A program made the position numbers and the translations under genes. Of a stretch of 64,000 bases of DNA, positions 62,742-64,000 are shown piece after piece. The notes below the pieces were generated by a model that made no database searches, was not told the DNA's origin, and worked only from the letters and a program-made list of their open reading frames with translations. This DNA is from Gemmatimonadota bacterium (GTDB taxonomy: Bacteria > Latescibacterota > UBA2968 > GCA-2709665): positions 31,874 through 95,873 of the forward strand of contig PAQK01000029.1 of the NCBI GenBank assembly GCA_002709665.1, given 5' to 3'. Each line of letters begins with the position of its first letter. Within the stretch, counting starts at the first letter, position 1.

Positions 62742-64000
62742 TCACTTGTTCTGCGCTCCAAAGGACAACCCCGAACGGACGAGAAGTTCGTCGTCTACAA
62801 CGATGTCCGGATCGGATATCGGAAAATAGGTTTCCCTACCGCCTGGATCGCAGAATTCCGAAAACAACACCTCGACATTCTCTTCAGAATTAGGCACACA
62901 CGCCCTTAGAAGGCAGGCGGACTCACCTGAATGAACGGTGTGTTCAGGGATTTTGGTGGTAGGAGGGTCAGCCAGAAGGGTAAGAGATTCCATGTCGTCC
63001 TCGCCCAGCGTCGGATTTCGATTGGAATTCAAACAGTAAAGTACCGGTCCCCTCAGGACAGACACCTTACCCTCCTGTTTCCCGGATCCGCGATGGAATC
63101 GACAGTCCATTTCCAAGTTCAAGGCAACCCTGTCGCCCGGTTGCCAGGTGCGTTTAATCAAAAATTGACCATCCGGTTCGGATGTGTTGATCTGCCTCCC
63201 GTTAACCGCTGCCTCATACTGCTTACACCAGGAGGGAATACGCAGCAACAGAGGGAATTCAAAATGGGAACCTGTATCCACGGTAATCGAGATCTCCCCG
63301 GAAGCCGGATAGCTGGTGTCGATCCGTAATCCGACAGATGTACCACTGATTTTCGTTTTGAGTTCAGCGTTAGCATAAAGGTTGATTGCGAGTCCCCCGT
63401 TCTGTTTGTAGACGATCATCTCGGGGAGCTCTGACATGACGCGTCGAAAATTCCCCGGGCAGCAGTAGGTGTCTCTGGCCCAGTAAATTCGTTCGCCTGA
63501 GAACGGAGCATAGTATCGAAGTCTCCTGCCGTCAGGCGACTGCGCTGCGAAGAGGGCATTGTATATCGTGCGTTCCATCAGGTTGCCGACGCCAAGGTCT
63601 TCATCGAGACGCAGGCGCTTGTCGAGCAACCGGATAAGGTAGGCTGTTGCACAGGTTTCACCCAGGTTACCGGTTCCGTCCTGATTGGAATGCCAGCACT
63701 CCGTTTGCCCACAACTTCCTGTTACGACGAGGCCACCTTCGGATCTCAGGAAACGGAGCGCACGCTCCGTTTGACGCAGCAACGCGGGGTCGCCAGTGAT
63801 GTTGTAGAGTTCGAGCTGCCCAAGGCACCTGGTCAGGTAAGCGTAGATGTGGCCCTCGATCTTACCGTGGCGGCCCTGCACGATTGGCAGATCCCAATTC
63901 GGCAAATCCTGGACTTCGACAACGAAGTCGAGAAATCGCTCGTCTTCCGTATCCAGAAAGAGGGCGATCATAGCACGATCAAGTGCAATGGTTTTGAGCT
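62742..64000 (-). CDS. Glycoside hydrolase family 127-like (beta-L-arabinofuranosidase / DUF1680), C-terminal ~419 codons. The N-terminus lies beyond the right edge.
   Basis: The frame stays open to position 64000. ETCATAY, ERTIYNALFAAQSPDG, YYAPF and DTYCCPGNFRR (Cys-rich metal/catalytic site pattern of GH127) are present. Confidence 0.7.
   Translation of the reverse strand, partial: LKTIALDRAMIALFLDTEDERFLDFVVEVQDLPNWDLPIVQGRHGKIEGHIYAYLTRCLGQLELYNITGDPALLRQTERALRFLRSEGGLVVTGSCGQTECWHSNQDGTGNLGETCATAYLIRLLDKRLRLDEDLGVGNLMERTIYNALFAAQSPDGRRLRYYAPFSGERIYWARDTYCCPGNFRRVMSELPEMIVYKQNGGLAINLYANAELKTKISGTSVGLRIDTSYPASGEISITVDTGSHFEFPLLLRIPSWCKQYEAAVNGRQINTSEPDGQFLIKRTWQPGDRVALNLEMDCRFHRGSGKQEGKVSVLRGPVLYCLNSNRNPTLGEDDMESLTLLADPPTTKIPEHTVHSGESACLLRACVPNSEENVEVLFSEFCDPGGRETYFPISDPDIVVDDELLVRSGLSFGAQNK

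Overview
The window is a 64 kb chromosomal segment from an uncultivated heterotrophic bacterium, not a mobile element. I found no rRNA, tRNA, CRISPR array, transposase, integrase or phage gene. All functions below come from motif recognition by eye, with no database search.

Lineage (weak inference): probably the FCB superphylum or a neighbouring candidate phylum. The evidence is a FlgD-Ig/T9SS-type C-terminal sorting domain, Bacteroidetes-type ParC/ParE sequences, and GWxTD-domain proteins.

Main coding content:
- Cobalt-type nitrile hydratase operon (beta, alpha, activator) with a co-oriented PhyH dioxygenase (5.1-7.8 kb).
- TonB-dependent receptor, a secreted beta-helix/cohesin/dockerin/T9SS-tail protein, and a PL22-like oligogalacturonide lyase (8-15 kb).
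- A 732-aa DUF2341/LamG protein carrying seven internal repeats.
- An operon of two uncharacterised tandem paralogs, DUF1080 and a methyltransferase (20.5-24.3 kb).
- A 1229-aa heparinase II/III-like protein and a BNR/sialidase-like protein.
- RidA-like, Ldh_2 and SDR enzymes.
- parE-parC.
- A beta-helix lipoprotein.
- A PhyH-HEAT fusion.
- Four tandem secreted TPR/GWxTD-domain paralogs (42.5-52.5 kb). This is the strongest candidate for an uncharacterised system.
- A large membrane protein with a decayed duplicate beside it.
- A CN-hydrolase.
- A sugar-acid string of PhyH, uxuA, a FucI-like isomerase, an ABC-2 permease and GH127.

Pseudogene load: about ten of roughly fifty genes are visibly broken by in-frame TAG/TAA codons, frameshifts, internal deletions or truncation. 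All of the longest genes are intact.
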